From contig JAZKFF010000035.1 in assembly GCA_040386555.1 (NCBI GenBank), positions 50,893 to 114,892 on the forward strand: a stretch of 64,000 nucleotides of DNA. Direction: 5' to 3'. The translations under genes were made by a program, and so were the position numbers. Numbering within the stretch: the stretch's first letter is position 1; every line of letters starts with the position of its first letter. This stretch comes from Bacteroidota bacterium. GTDB lineage: Bacteria; Bacteroidota; Bacteroidia; Chitinophagales; Chitinophagaceae. Below the pieces are notes generated by a model. The model ran no database searches. It was given only the letters and a program-made list of their open reading frames with translations, and was not told the DNA's origin. This document shows positions 8,407-17,277 of the stretch, in pieces.

Positions 8407-10857
8407 TTGCGTTCTTCACACGCTATGATGTTACACACAAGGCATGCCGTATGTGCATTGCTATTGATGCTGCCCTTCGTGCTAATGGCTCAGTCCGCAG
8501 CCAACTACCAGGTCTTTGATAAGAAGACAATGCAGCCGGTACCATTTGCCACCATCAGGTTTGGCGAGACAGGGCAGGGCACAGTAGCTTCGCTCGAGGG
8601 TAAGTTTGAAGTGCCGGCCCCCTTGCTGGCCAGAGCAGCATGGATAGAAGTAAGCTGCCTGGGCTATGAGCCGCAGAAGCAGGGCCTGCCGCTGGCTAAG
8701 CCAATATACCTGGTGCCCTCGGGCAACACGCTGGGCGAGGTGGTGATTAAGCCACCCCTGGATAAGATAAGGCGGGTGCTGAACAAAGCCATAGCTAATA
8801 AGAGCCACAACAACCCAGATAAATACGACTGGTATCGGTGCCATGTCTACTATAAAATGGCTGCCGACCTTGGCTTCAACGACTTCGTGATGAAGGACAC
8901 CAGTGCCGATAGCCGCGAAAGGCAAAACCTGGTGAATACCCAGCATGTAGCCATGTCTGAGACCTACAGCATACGCACCTGGGAGCGGCCGCAGAAGCTG
9001 CAGGAAGATGTGCTTGCATCGCGATTCTCGGGGTTTAAGCAGTCGGTATTCACGAGCCTAGTCACAGACTTCCTGCCCTTTCATGCATACAAAGACTATA
9101 TAAAGCTGAATGGCATAGACTTTCACAACCCCGTGAGCCGGGGCTATGAGCAGTACTACAGCTTTGCCCTGGCCGATGAGCTACAGCAGGGCACAGACAC
9201 CCTATGGATACTCAGCTTCAGGCCACGCGGCAATAATGCCAATGGCCTCAAAGGCACGGTATACATCAACTCAGATGGCTTTGCCATATCGCAGCTTATT
9301 GCCCAGAGCGCTGATACCACACTGAAGATGGCGGTGCGCATAGAGCAGCAGTATGAGCGGGTGCCGGCACCGGGTGGCGCTCGTTGGTTTCCCCGCCAGC
9401 TCAACTATATACTCAACTGGCAGCAGGGCGAAAAGGACGACAAGTACACCATTTACATGAAGGGCAACTCGCTCATAGATTCGGTAAGCTTTGATAAGGA
9501 CAGGGATTTCAAATTTGACAGGAGCCATACCGTGCGAGTAGCCACCGGTGCCGACCAGCGCCCAGACAGCGCCTGGGCAGCATACCGGGCAGAAGCGCTT
9601 AGCGCTAAGGAGCAGCGCACCTACAAGGTAATGGACAGCCTGGGTGAGGAGATAAAGCTGGATAAGATAATGGGCTTTCTCGCTAAGCTGCCGGAAGGCA
9701 GGGTGCCCATAGGTATGTTTGATGTGGAGCTCAAGCGCCTGTTCAGCTATAACGATTATGAGCATGTGCGGCTGGGCATGGGCCTGCTCACTAATGAGCG
9801 CTTTGTCAAATGGCTTTCCATAGGCGGCTGGGCGGGTTATGGCTTTAAAGACGCACACTGGAAGTATGGCGGATCGGCAGAGGTATACTTAGACCGGCAC
9901 AAGGAATTCGTGTTGCGCGGCTCCTACACAGACGATATCAGCGACCCGGGCCGCATACAGCTGCACCGCGACCTGGATAAGAACTACCTGCGCATGTACC
10001 TGCTGCAGCGGGTAGATAATATAAAGGCATGGAGCGGATCTATGAAGATGCGATTTGGCTACTGGAACTTTGAGCTGGCGGCCACAGACCAGTGGATAAC
10101 GCCGCTATACAGCTATGCCTTTTCATACCTGGGCAGCGACATAACATCGTTTGCGGCGCGCGAGGCCTCGCTGGGTATCCGCTATGCTTTTGCGGAGCGC
10201 ACCTCGCCGTTCTTTGGCCGTTACTATAGCATGGGCAGCAACTACCCGGTATGGTATGGCAAGGTGACTACAGGCAGGCTCAATGGCGGAGTAAACCGGC
10301 CCTACACACAGGCGCTTACAGCCGTGGCCTGGCACAAGCACATCAATAGGCTGGGCTACGAGCACCTGCTGGTTGAGGCAGGTCGATCGTGGAGCGATGG
10401 CCCATTGCCACTCACCAAGCTCTTTGCCGGCAATGGCTACCGCTACGATACTAAGGGCTTGGCGTTCTATGCATTTGGCGGCATGCCCACCATGTATCCC
10501 TACGCCTATTACACTGATCAGTTCATCAGTGTGGTCTTCCGGCACGATATGGACCGGAAGCTGTATAAGACGGAAGTAAAGGGTACAGGCCTAAGCTCGG
10601 CACCCAATGTGTGCCTGCAATATGGCCTGCTCTATGGCACACTCAGTGACCGCGGAGCGCATAAGTATGTACCCTTTGGCGTGCCTGATAATGCCTACCA
10701 CGAGGGTGGCCTTATGCTCAACAACCTGCTGCGCCTGCGCTACTTCGATCTCTACTATCTTACCCTTAATGTCGGCTATTTTTACCACATCACCGATGCG
10801 CCCATTGATGTGAAACAACATGGGCGCGCGGTGTTTGGGGCAGGTATAGAGCTGTAG
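8407..10857 (+). CDS. DUF5686-type outer-membrane protein with an N-terminal carboxypeptidase-regulatory-like domain
   Basis: VFDKKTMQPVPFATI...VSCLGYE...LGEVVI N-terminus; long beta-rich C-terminus ending GIEL; start codon uncertain (8407 or 8425). Confidence 0.75.
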   Translation: MRSSHAMMLHTRHAVCALLLMLPFVLMAQSAANYQVFDKKTMQPVPFATIRFGETGQGTVASLEGKFEVPAPLLARAAWIEVSCLGYEPQKQGLPLAKPIYLVPSGNTLGEVVIKPPLDKIRRVLNKAIANKSHNNPDKYDWYRCHVYYKMAADLGFNDFVMKDTSADSRERQNLVNTQHVAMSETYSIRTWERPQKLQEDVLASRFSGFKQSVFTSLVTDFLPFHAYKDYIKLNGIDFHNPVSRGYEQYYSFALADELQQGTDTLWILSFRPRGNNANGLKGTVYINSDGFAISQLIAQSADTTLKMAVRIEQQYERVPAPGGARWFPRQLNYILNWQQGEKDDKYTIYMKGNSLIDSVSFDKDRDFKFDRSHTVRVATGADQRPDSAWAAYRAEALSAKEQRTYKVMDSLGEEIKLDKIMGFLAKLPEGRVPIGMFDVELKRLFSYNDYEHVRLGMGLLTNERFVKWLSIGGWAGYGFKDAHWKYGGSAEVYLDRHKEFVLRGSYTDDISDPGRIQLHRDLDKNYLRMYLLQRVDNIKAWSGSMKMRFGYWNFELAATDQWITPLYSYAFSYLGSDITSFAAREASLGIRYAFAERTSPFFGRYYSMGSNYPVWYGKVTTGRLNGGVNRPYTQALTAVAWHKHINRLGYEHLLVEAGRSWSDGPLPLTKLFAGNGYRYDTKGLAFYAFGGMPTMYPYAYYTDQFISVVFRHDMDRKLYKTEVKGTGLSSAPNVCLQYGLLYGTLSDRGAHKYVPFGVPDNAYHEGGLMLNNLLRLRYFDLYYLTLNVGYFYHITDAPIDVKQHGRAVFGAGIEL

Positions 10858-10868
10858 TGCTTTGCAGC

Positions 10869-11177
10869 TTAGCGGTTGCGCAGCGACGCTTCCGGGATGT
10901 ATTTCTTGCGGCCTTTGCTGTCTACCCAGTAGTATTTGTTGCCGTCTTTAATGTAGATGGTTTCGCCGTTAGGGCCCATCTTGCCTTTAACCTCTTCATC
11001 GGCTACTTTGGCTTCGGCCTTCACAGCAAGTTCTGCGGTTTTGTTGCCGGCTTTCTTTACCCCACGCTTGGTAGCATGTGCTGCTTTTTTCGCAGTAGTC
11101 TTTACTTCGCTTTGAGCGATAGAGAGGGTAGCGCAGCCAAATATGCATGCCGCGATGAGTGTAAGTGTTTTTTTCAT
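10869..11177 (-). CDS. Small secreted basic protein (PBCV basic-adaptor-like C-terminus)
   Basis: Signal peptide, Lys/Ala-rich middle, GPNGETIYIKDGNKYYWVDSKGRKKYI. Confidence 0.7.
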   Translation of the reverse strand: MKKTLTLIAACIFGCATLSIAQSEVKTTAKKAAHATKRGVKKAGNKTAELAVKAEAKVADEEVKGKMGPNGETIYIKDGNKYYWVDSKGRKKYIPEASLRNR

Positions 11178-11571
11178 TATCTATGTTTGCCAGTACTACA
11201 ACAAAATAGTACCACATGGGCCTGGTATATGCTGATACTTAACCGGGGCCACAGTGTAGATCAATGACAAACTGTGCTGCGCATACTCGGCTACACAGTA
11301 TGGGAGAAATTTCCCCATATATTCACCACGTATCGGAGTGAGTAAAGCATATAGCAGATGCGGTGCAGGCAAAAATTGATACAGATCATCAAGTTGTGCG
11401 CAGTGTGTAAGTTTTTTATGATCTAACAGGTTGATTACTAGTTATTAATGTATTGTCACGCACGTATGACGCAGTGCCGGAAAAATACCTTTTAGAAAAG
11501 CTGCAAATTAAGTGCCCCTTGGCACCATTTTTTCGAATGTTTTCATGACTTTCATTTTAAAACCGTGATAT

Positions 11572-11781
11572 ATGACTAGAAGCGTTACTTTTTCCGACAA
11601 CCCACGCGAGGCAGGGCTCGTATTTGATGCAACCGAAACTGCAGGCCTTGAAGCGCCTAAGCACATGAGCAAGGTAGCAGAGCGCAAGGCGAAGCGGGCT
11701 AAAAACCTGTATGAGAGCCTTACTGACAATGGCAATGAACTGGAGGAGTCGGTACGTAACAGCTTCGTGCAGTACTACTAA
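11572..11781 (+). CDS. Small hypothetical protein (69 aa)
   Basis: AT-rich upstream region, protein-like composition, terminator-like hairpin at ~11843-11890. Confidence 0.6.
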   Translation: MTRSVTFSDNPREAGLVFDATETAGLEAPKHMSKVAERKAKRAKNLYESLTDNGNELEESVRNSFVQYY

Positions 11782-11938
11782 GCCAGGCACAGGGCACCGG
11801 GGATAACAGCACCCGCTTGCTCAGCGAACTAAAGAAATTTATGGCAGGTCATTTTACGCATACAAGTGCGTAGCATGACTTGCTTTTTTTTATGGGATAG
11901 TGAGAACTTTCTGTGAAAGTTGCTTCCTGCACCTCCAC

Positions 11939-12424
11939 TCACCAGGTGTATCGCTTAAGGTTTATATAGCCGGGGAGATTAGGGTTCTCGTAGGTATATC
12001 GCCAGGGGAAATGCAGCGCCAGCGCGCACCAGACATTAACCTTCTTTCCGTTGATGCGGCCCGGTTTCCACCGGGGCATAGCTGATATGGCAGACAGTAC
12101 TTCCTTGTCTACCTCGGGCGACAGCCCTTGAACTATTCTTACCCTATGGATATAGCCGGTGGACGCTACGAGAAACTCTACAATTATAGGCCCTTCTATT
12201 TCATCGCGAATAGGCTGTAGGGGTGTTTTCAGTTTAAGGAAGAGGTATTCGTTCATGCTGCGGCGCAGCTTAGGCTCCTGCTCCATATCGTTGATGGACT
12301 GGCCGGCGGTATCAGTATCAGCGAGCCAGAACCACATCTGCCCATCTTCGGGAGGGGCATCAGTTGCCTGGGCGCTGGCAACATGCGCCAGGAACAACAT
12401 AGCTATAAGGATAAAAGGACGCAT
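11939..12424 (-). CDS. TonB C-terminal domain protein
   Basis: EGPIIVEFLVASTGYIHRVRIVQGLSPEVDKEVLSAISAMPRWKPGRINGKKVNV. Confidence 0.85.
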   Translation of the reverse strand: MRPFILIAMLFLAHVASAQATDAPPEDGQMWFWLADTDTAGQSINDMEQEPKLRRSMNEYLFLKLKTPLQPIRDEIEGPIIVEFLVASTGYIHRVRIVQGLSPEVDKEVLSAISAMPRWKPGRINGKKVNVWCALALHFPWRYTYENPNLPGYINLKRYTW

Positions 12425-12548
12425 GGAATAAAGGCGCAAGAATAGGCATATTTGACTTTATAAGCAACGGAGTTGTATTTTAAGAATACGTTTTGAATAG
12501 ATGCTGTAACTTTATAACATACGTATCTTAAAACCAAGGAGGGAACTG

Positions 12549-12890
12549 ATGAAGAAGGTAATGATGGGCCTGCTGCTGGGCGCAGCTGTGACAGCCGCAG
12601 GAGGTTTTGCGATGCTGCCAAAAGTGAAGCAGGCGGAATATGAGCGTGGTATGGCACAAGGCAGGCAGGAAGGTGTAGCTGCGGGCACTGCGGCAGGGAT
12701 GGCGCAAGGCGAGGCGAGGGTGCACGCTCAATATAAGGAGGAGAAGCAATCTGCGGAAACTGCATTGCAGGCGAGGCGTAACGAGCAGCGGCGCGCGGCA
12801 AAGCCATACAAGCCTGCACCCAAGCCAATACAAAACTGGCACGTAATAGGCAACCAGATAGCAGAGCCGATAATGGAACCGGCAATATAA
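12549..12890 (+). CDS. Hypothetical membrane-anchored protein with GxxxG repeats
   Basis: N-terminal hydrophobic helix; YERGMAQGRQEGVAAGTAAGMAQG; terminator hairpin at ~12897-12920. Confidence 0.65.
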   Translation: MKKVMMGLLLGAAVTAAGGFAMLPKVKQAEYERGMAQGRQEGVAAGTAAGMAQGEARVHAQYKEEKQSAETALQARRNEQRRAAKPYKPAPKPIQNWHVIGNQIAEPIMEPAI

Positions 12891-13021
12891 AATATGGGAC
12901 GCGAGCGATCGCGTCTTTTTTATTTTGGCGCGGATATTGCAGGCAAGGAAGGGTAGTGCCGGTTCTTGTTGTACGTTTGACAGGGAAGAAATCTCATAAG
13001 TTCGTTTTTTAAAAAGTTGTC

Positions 13022-13576
13022 ATGCGCCGTTTATTGCTGCTGTTGTTTTTAGGATTGATTGGTGGTAACTGTCTCGCGCAGGATGTACCGATACTGCCGC
13101 CGCCGCCTAAGCCGAGGATGTTTGCTTTCTACCTCAGCAGCCCGTTGGGGCTGCTATCGAAAGGGAGAGTGAAGCTGGAGTTCTACGCCACCAGGGAGAA
13201 CTCCATATCGGCGAGTGTGTGCCGGTATTGGGGGCTATTTCCCGGGTACCAGGCTACACTGGAGTACCGCCATTACTTTGTGCCGCCGCACCGGCACTCA
13301 GAGAACTTTATATACGCTAAGGGCGGCTACGGCGACTGTGAGGCACTTGTGGGCGGCATTTTCTTCCCTACGAATGAGCAGGGCCCTGGCCAATTTGCAA
13401 TAGCCGGAGGCGGTGTAGGCCGCCACTTCAATTTTGGCCGCAGAAGGGCATTCTTCATCGATGCGGCGGCCGGGCTGAAAGGTGCTTTCGTATCGCAAAG
13501 TGCAGGCCAGCTGTTTTATACCCTGGGCCCGGGATCTATTGTGGATCTGAACTTTCATTTTGGGTGGCAGTTTTGA
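13022..13576 (+). CDS. Putative outer-membrane beta-barrel protein (DUF3575-like)
   Basis: Signal peptide; alternating beta pattern; terminal FHFGWQF. Confidence 0.7.
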   Translation: MRRLLLLLFLGLIGGNCLAQDVPILPPPPKPRMFAFYLSSPLGLLSKGRVKLEFYATRENSISASVCRYWGLFPGYQATLEYRHYFVPPHRHSENFIYAKGGYGDCEALVGGIFFPTNEQGPGQFAIAGGGVGRHFNFGRRRAFFIDAAAGLKGAFVSQSAGQLFYTLGPGSIVDLNFHFGWQF

Positions 13577-13590
13577 TGGGGTGCGGGTCA

Positions 13591-13741
13591 ACCACCCCAG
13601 CTGGTCGCAAGCGACCAGCGTCCCCTCCTAAAAACAGGAGGGGAGCGTGTTGCGTGCCCTCCGCGAGTAGACCACCCCAGCCGGTCGCGGGCGACCGGCG
13701 TCCCCTCCTAATTCTTCGACAACGCTCAGAACAGGAGGGGT
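13591..13741. repeat. Two tandem 80-bp REP-like units
   Basis: ACCACCCCAG at 13591 and 13671, each followed by a GGTCGC/GCGACC hairpin and CCCCTCCT...AGGAGGG. Confidence 0.85.
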
Positions 13742-13823
13742 TTGTGTTGCGCAGCCCGGCGTGAGTAACCTCTCCGCTTGCATGTGTGGCTCGGGAAGGG
13801 TGGAAGGAGGTGCTTTATTTTTT

Positions 13824-14231
13824 TTATTTCCAAAGGCCCAGGATGCCCCCCATGACGGTGAACGCTATGAGCATGTAGCCGCCGTTGATGAGGACGTATT
13901 TTAAGGGACGCTTTTCAAACGCTGCTATGATGCCGATGGCGAGGGTAACCCAGCCGAAACCTGCCATGAAGCCAGCGATGATGCCGAATGAAAGGCCTTC
14001 TTTGCCGATGAACAGCGCAAGATTCAACGCGATGATAAATGATAGTACCAGCGAGATGCCGAATACCAGCGGCATATTGCGCTGCCTGATGGTATCGGGC
14101 GAAAGGCCCGCAGCCTGCAGCCAGGCCCGCTGAAAAATGGTGTACCAAAGTCCGCCGATAAGGAATGAGGAGAGGGCAGCCGCAATGACCGCGAACCAGT
14201 TGAGCGAAGTGAACGCCGATGCAATATCCAT
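13824..14231 (-). CDS. DUF1761 family membrane protein
   Basis: NWFAVIAAALSSFLIGGLWY...F...W; INGGYMLIAFTVMGGILGLW. Confidence 0.85.
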   Translation of the reverse strand: MDIASAFTSLNWFAVIAAALSSFLIGGLWYTIFQRAWLQAAGLSPDTIRQRNMPLVFGISLVLSFIIALNLALFIGKEGLSFGIIAGFMAGFGWVTLAIGIIAAFEKRPLKYVLINGGYMLIAFTVMGGILGLWK

Positions 14232-14282
14232 GTGTTTTTTGCGGCAAGGTAGTGCCGTAGATATTGCTGGTATTGTAGAAAA

Positions 14283-15116
14283 TTAACCTTGCGCAGTAAG
14301 TGGGAAGAAATTAAGCTCTTCGTTGTGCTGGTGCCCCAGCTGCAGGAACTCTACGGGATTGAAACCCGAGAAATGCCTGAACTCTTTGATGAAATGCGAC
14401 TGATCTGAATAGTCGAGCGTGTAGGCCAGCTGCGACCAGGACACAGTTTCCGTTTGGTGGATAGCCTTTAGTATCTCGTTGAACCGGATGATGCGGTGGT
14501 ATTCCTTAGGCGAGATACCTACATACTTTTTGAAGTGCTGTATCAGCTGCTTGTGGGTGGCAGGATAGGTGCCAACGATATCAGCAAGCCTCAGCCGCTG
14601 CTCGCTGTGTATGCGGTGCAACAGGGCAAGAAATGGTGCTGGCGCGGCCTTGCGCCCGTCGTGCCGTGCCGTTAGCCAATCCTCTGCTGCTGCAAACTTT
14701 GCCGCGGACTCCTGTGCAGCGCCGATGGTATCGCATAGCGCAAATATTTCGGCTCCAAAAACGTCCTCCGCCGGCACTACCTTGCCTGCTATAGTGTGCA
14801 TAGGTATATGCATGAATGGGCGCGCACCGGTAGCTGTAAATTGTATGGCAAGCATCTGCGAACCGTTATGGGTGGAGATGGAAAGAAAATCGGTATGCAC
14901 ACCGGACACCCAGACTTTTGTAAAGGTGCCTGTGGGTTGCAGCGTATCGTTGTGCAGCGTATGGCGCGGCATACCATCGAACTCGAAAATAAGGTAAGCC
15001 TGCCCGCCCGGCACCACCCGCTCCACGGCATGCTGCGGCTCAAAGTCTTTGAACCAGACCATGGATTCTATGTGCGCAGAAAGGAATGATGTGGGTTTGT
15101 GAAATTGGATGTTCAT
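14283..15116 (-). CDS. AraC family transcriptional regulator
   Basis: C-terminal FKKYVGISPKEYHRIIRF...LAYTLDYSDQSHFIKEFRHFSGFNP. Confidence 0.92.
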   Translation of the reverse strand: MNIQFHKPTSFLSAHIESMVWFKDFEPQHAVERVVPGGQAYLIFEFDGMPRHTLHNDTLQPTGTFTKVWVSGVHTDFLSISTHNGSQMLAIQFTATGARPFMHIPMHTIAGKVVPAEDVFGAEIFALCDTIGAAQESAAKFAAAEDWLTARHDGRKAAPAPFLALLHRIHSEQRLRLADIVGTYPATHKQLIQHFKKYVGISPKEYHRIIRFNEILKAIHQTETVSWSQLAYTLDYSDQSHFIKEFRHFSGFNPVEFLQLGHQHNEELNFFPLTAQG

Positions 15117-15197
15117 TGGTGTAAGATAGGTGTTTAGAAAGTTGTTCGGGCGTTTACTGCCTGTAAACGCGTCCGACGGCGAAAAGCCGTACTGACG

Positions 15198-17168
15198 CTA
15201 TTCAGGCTCTCCACATGCAAGAGCGCGCATTAACTCTATTGTATCAGAAGATACAAGCGGATAGCTTCTTACTGCTATCTCCAGCATTTTTGCAGTAAAG
15301 CTTTTTTCGTCTCGAAATTGCTCCATTGATTTAAAACGGGCCGAGATTAATTCATAAAGGCTATGGCCTTGTTGGTGCAAAAACCACATAGGTAGCGATA
15401 CACTCCTGTCATTGTAATAGTGAACGACCTCGCGTGTAGAAACATTCGTGCTAGTGCCAGCTTCAAGTCCATTAATAATCCAATCTGCTATTTCTTGAAG
15501 TCGCTCATTAGGTTCTTGCCGAATGTCAAATGGAGAATAGTATTTGTTGAATCCGATTTCTTTAATGTCATTCTTGCAACCCTGTTCCAAAAATAAGATT
15601 GCTAAGTACAGGGGATCATAAAGGAAGTTTTCAAGACTATAGCGCTTCCCAATGCCATGCACTAATATTGCCGACGTGGATGCATTTTTTTTATCCCAAT
15701 CAACAATGCAGAAGCATGTGTTATTGCCTGCTAATCGCAGATCAGAAACAATATCCTTGATCTGTTCACAACTGCTTTTTCCAGATGGACTTGAAATGAA
15801 ATAAAGATTGTGTTTTCGAATTTTTCCCGTGAAGTGCTTGTCAAAGATGGCCTGATAAAATTGTCTATCAGTCGGGCTTTCTACAAAAATTTGTCGGTGA
15901 TTTTTGTAGTCGATACTTAATGTAGGAATATTGCTTGTTAGTAATTTTAGTGCTTCGTCTTTAGTCGTTTTTTCAAGAACAGTTGTAGGATGATTTTTAA
16001 GGACCCAAAGAGGGTTGTCCGGAGCCATAGCAACGGTAGATGCCGAGTGGGTGGTCATGAGGATAGTAATTTTCAAATCTTCTACAAATGTTTTTTGCAG
16101 GACATCGATAAGTAATTTGGACATTTCGGGATGCAAATGGGCATCGGGCTCGTCGAGAATAAGTAAACGTGGGTGCTTTAAACTGTTGCCAAAAAAAGAA
16201 TAGAAAAATACTCGTAAAATCAGACCGATAATAATTTTTTCTCCAGAAGACAATTCATTGAAGCCTACAAATACGCCACTGGCTTTGTTTTTTAAAAAGA
16301 ATGAATATCCTTGATCTAATGAAAAATCTTCGAGATTTAGTTCAGGGATGTAGTAGCCAATTTTCAGGTCGTCAAAAATCTTGTTTAGTTTAACTACCGG
16401 ATTTTCATGTTGCTCAAGAAAATCATTATCTGAGACAGCATTATTAATTGCGTTTATCTCCTTCTTCCTAAAAAAATTGTATAAATTATCGTGGCGTCCT
16501 TTGTAGTAATCGTAAATTATTTCATCAATAGTTGAAACAAAAAGGCCAGATTGACTAATGGACTTTCCAATAACCGCGTTTGTGAAATCTTCGGATGTTA
16601 AATCGGCTATGTTTTTGAGTTTAAAAGAGGCGACCTGTCTGCATACTAAAAGGTCCGTCCATTCGTATTTGTATTCGCGAAGTATCTCTTTTAGAAAAGG
16701 TTCTATACCCTTATTCTCTATGTCGTTTAGGGCTTTCTTATCTCCAGTAAAAATAGTTTTTATTTTTTCCTTCCAAAGATTGAGGTCGCTAAAAATCGCT
16801 GTGACACTTTGCTTTGGCCATTGTTCGATAGGAACTTGGGCGTCTTGAAGCTCTGCATACAAGGCAAATCGCTTTTTTTTCGTCCTAAAAGTTTGGTACG
16901 CTTGCTGCATACGAGATTTCCAACTGGCGTTATCAATACGAGAGTTAGATTCAACGCTTATTCCTTCAATTTGTATCTCATTTGGATGCAACTCGGGTGT
17001 TAGCGAAAATGTATACTCTTGGGCTCTACCACTTATCAGGTCTTTAAATAATTCTACGAATTGCGATTTGCCGCTCCCATTTTTTCCCGTGATGATACAT
17101 AGCCCCGTTAAATTATCGGTGGCGAACGTTGATAGGGATTTGAAATCACCATTAAAATAGATTTTCAT
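15198..17168 (-). CDS. ABC-type (AAA_21/AAA_15-like) ATPase fused to a TOPRIM-like nuclease domain (OLD/PARIS-like)
   Basis: Walker A GKNGSGKS, signature LSSGEK, Walker B LLILDEPDAHLHP, H-loop MTTHS; C-terminal FVESPTD, CIVDWD, RYSLEN; likely start is the ATG at 17168. Confidence 0.8.
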   Translation of the reverse strand: MKIYFNGDFKSLSTFATDNLTGLCIITGKNGSGKSQFVELFKDLISGRAQEYTFSLTPELHPNEIQIEGISVESNSRIDNASWKSRMQQAYQTFRTKKKRFALYAELQDAQVPIEQWPKQSVTAIFSDLNLWKEKIKTIFTGDKKALNDIENKGIEPFLKEILREYKYEWTDLLVCRQVASFKLKNIADLTSEDFTNAVIGKSISQSGLFVSTIDEIIYDYYKGRHDNLYNFFRKKEINAINNAVSDNDFLEQHENPVVKLNKIFDDLKIGYYIPELNLEDFSLDQGYSFFLKNKASGVFVGFNELSSGEKIIIGLILRVFFYSFFGNSLKHPRLLILDEPDAHLHPEMSKLLIDVLQKTFVEDLKITILMTTHSASTVAMAPDNPLWVLKNHPTTVLEKTTKDEALKLLTSNIPTLSIDYKNHRQIFVESPTDRQFYQAIFDKHFTGKIRKHNLYFISSPSGKSSCEQIKDIVSDLRLAGNNTCFCIVDWDKKNASTSAILVHGIGKRYSLENFLYDPLYLAILFLEQGCKNDIKEIGFNKYYSPFDIRQEPNERLQEIADWIINGLEAGTSTNVSTREVVHYYNDRSVSLPMWFLHQQGHSLYELISARFKSMEQFRDEKSFTAKMLEIAVRSYPLVSSDTIELMRALACGEPE

Positions 17169-17277
17169 ATTTGATCGTTGCTTGCTAATATAAAGAATAG
17201 CATCAAATATTTGGGATTTCAACGGTTTGGTAGCAATTCTTTTATCTATCCCTATCTTCGCACTCCAATTAAATACA

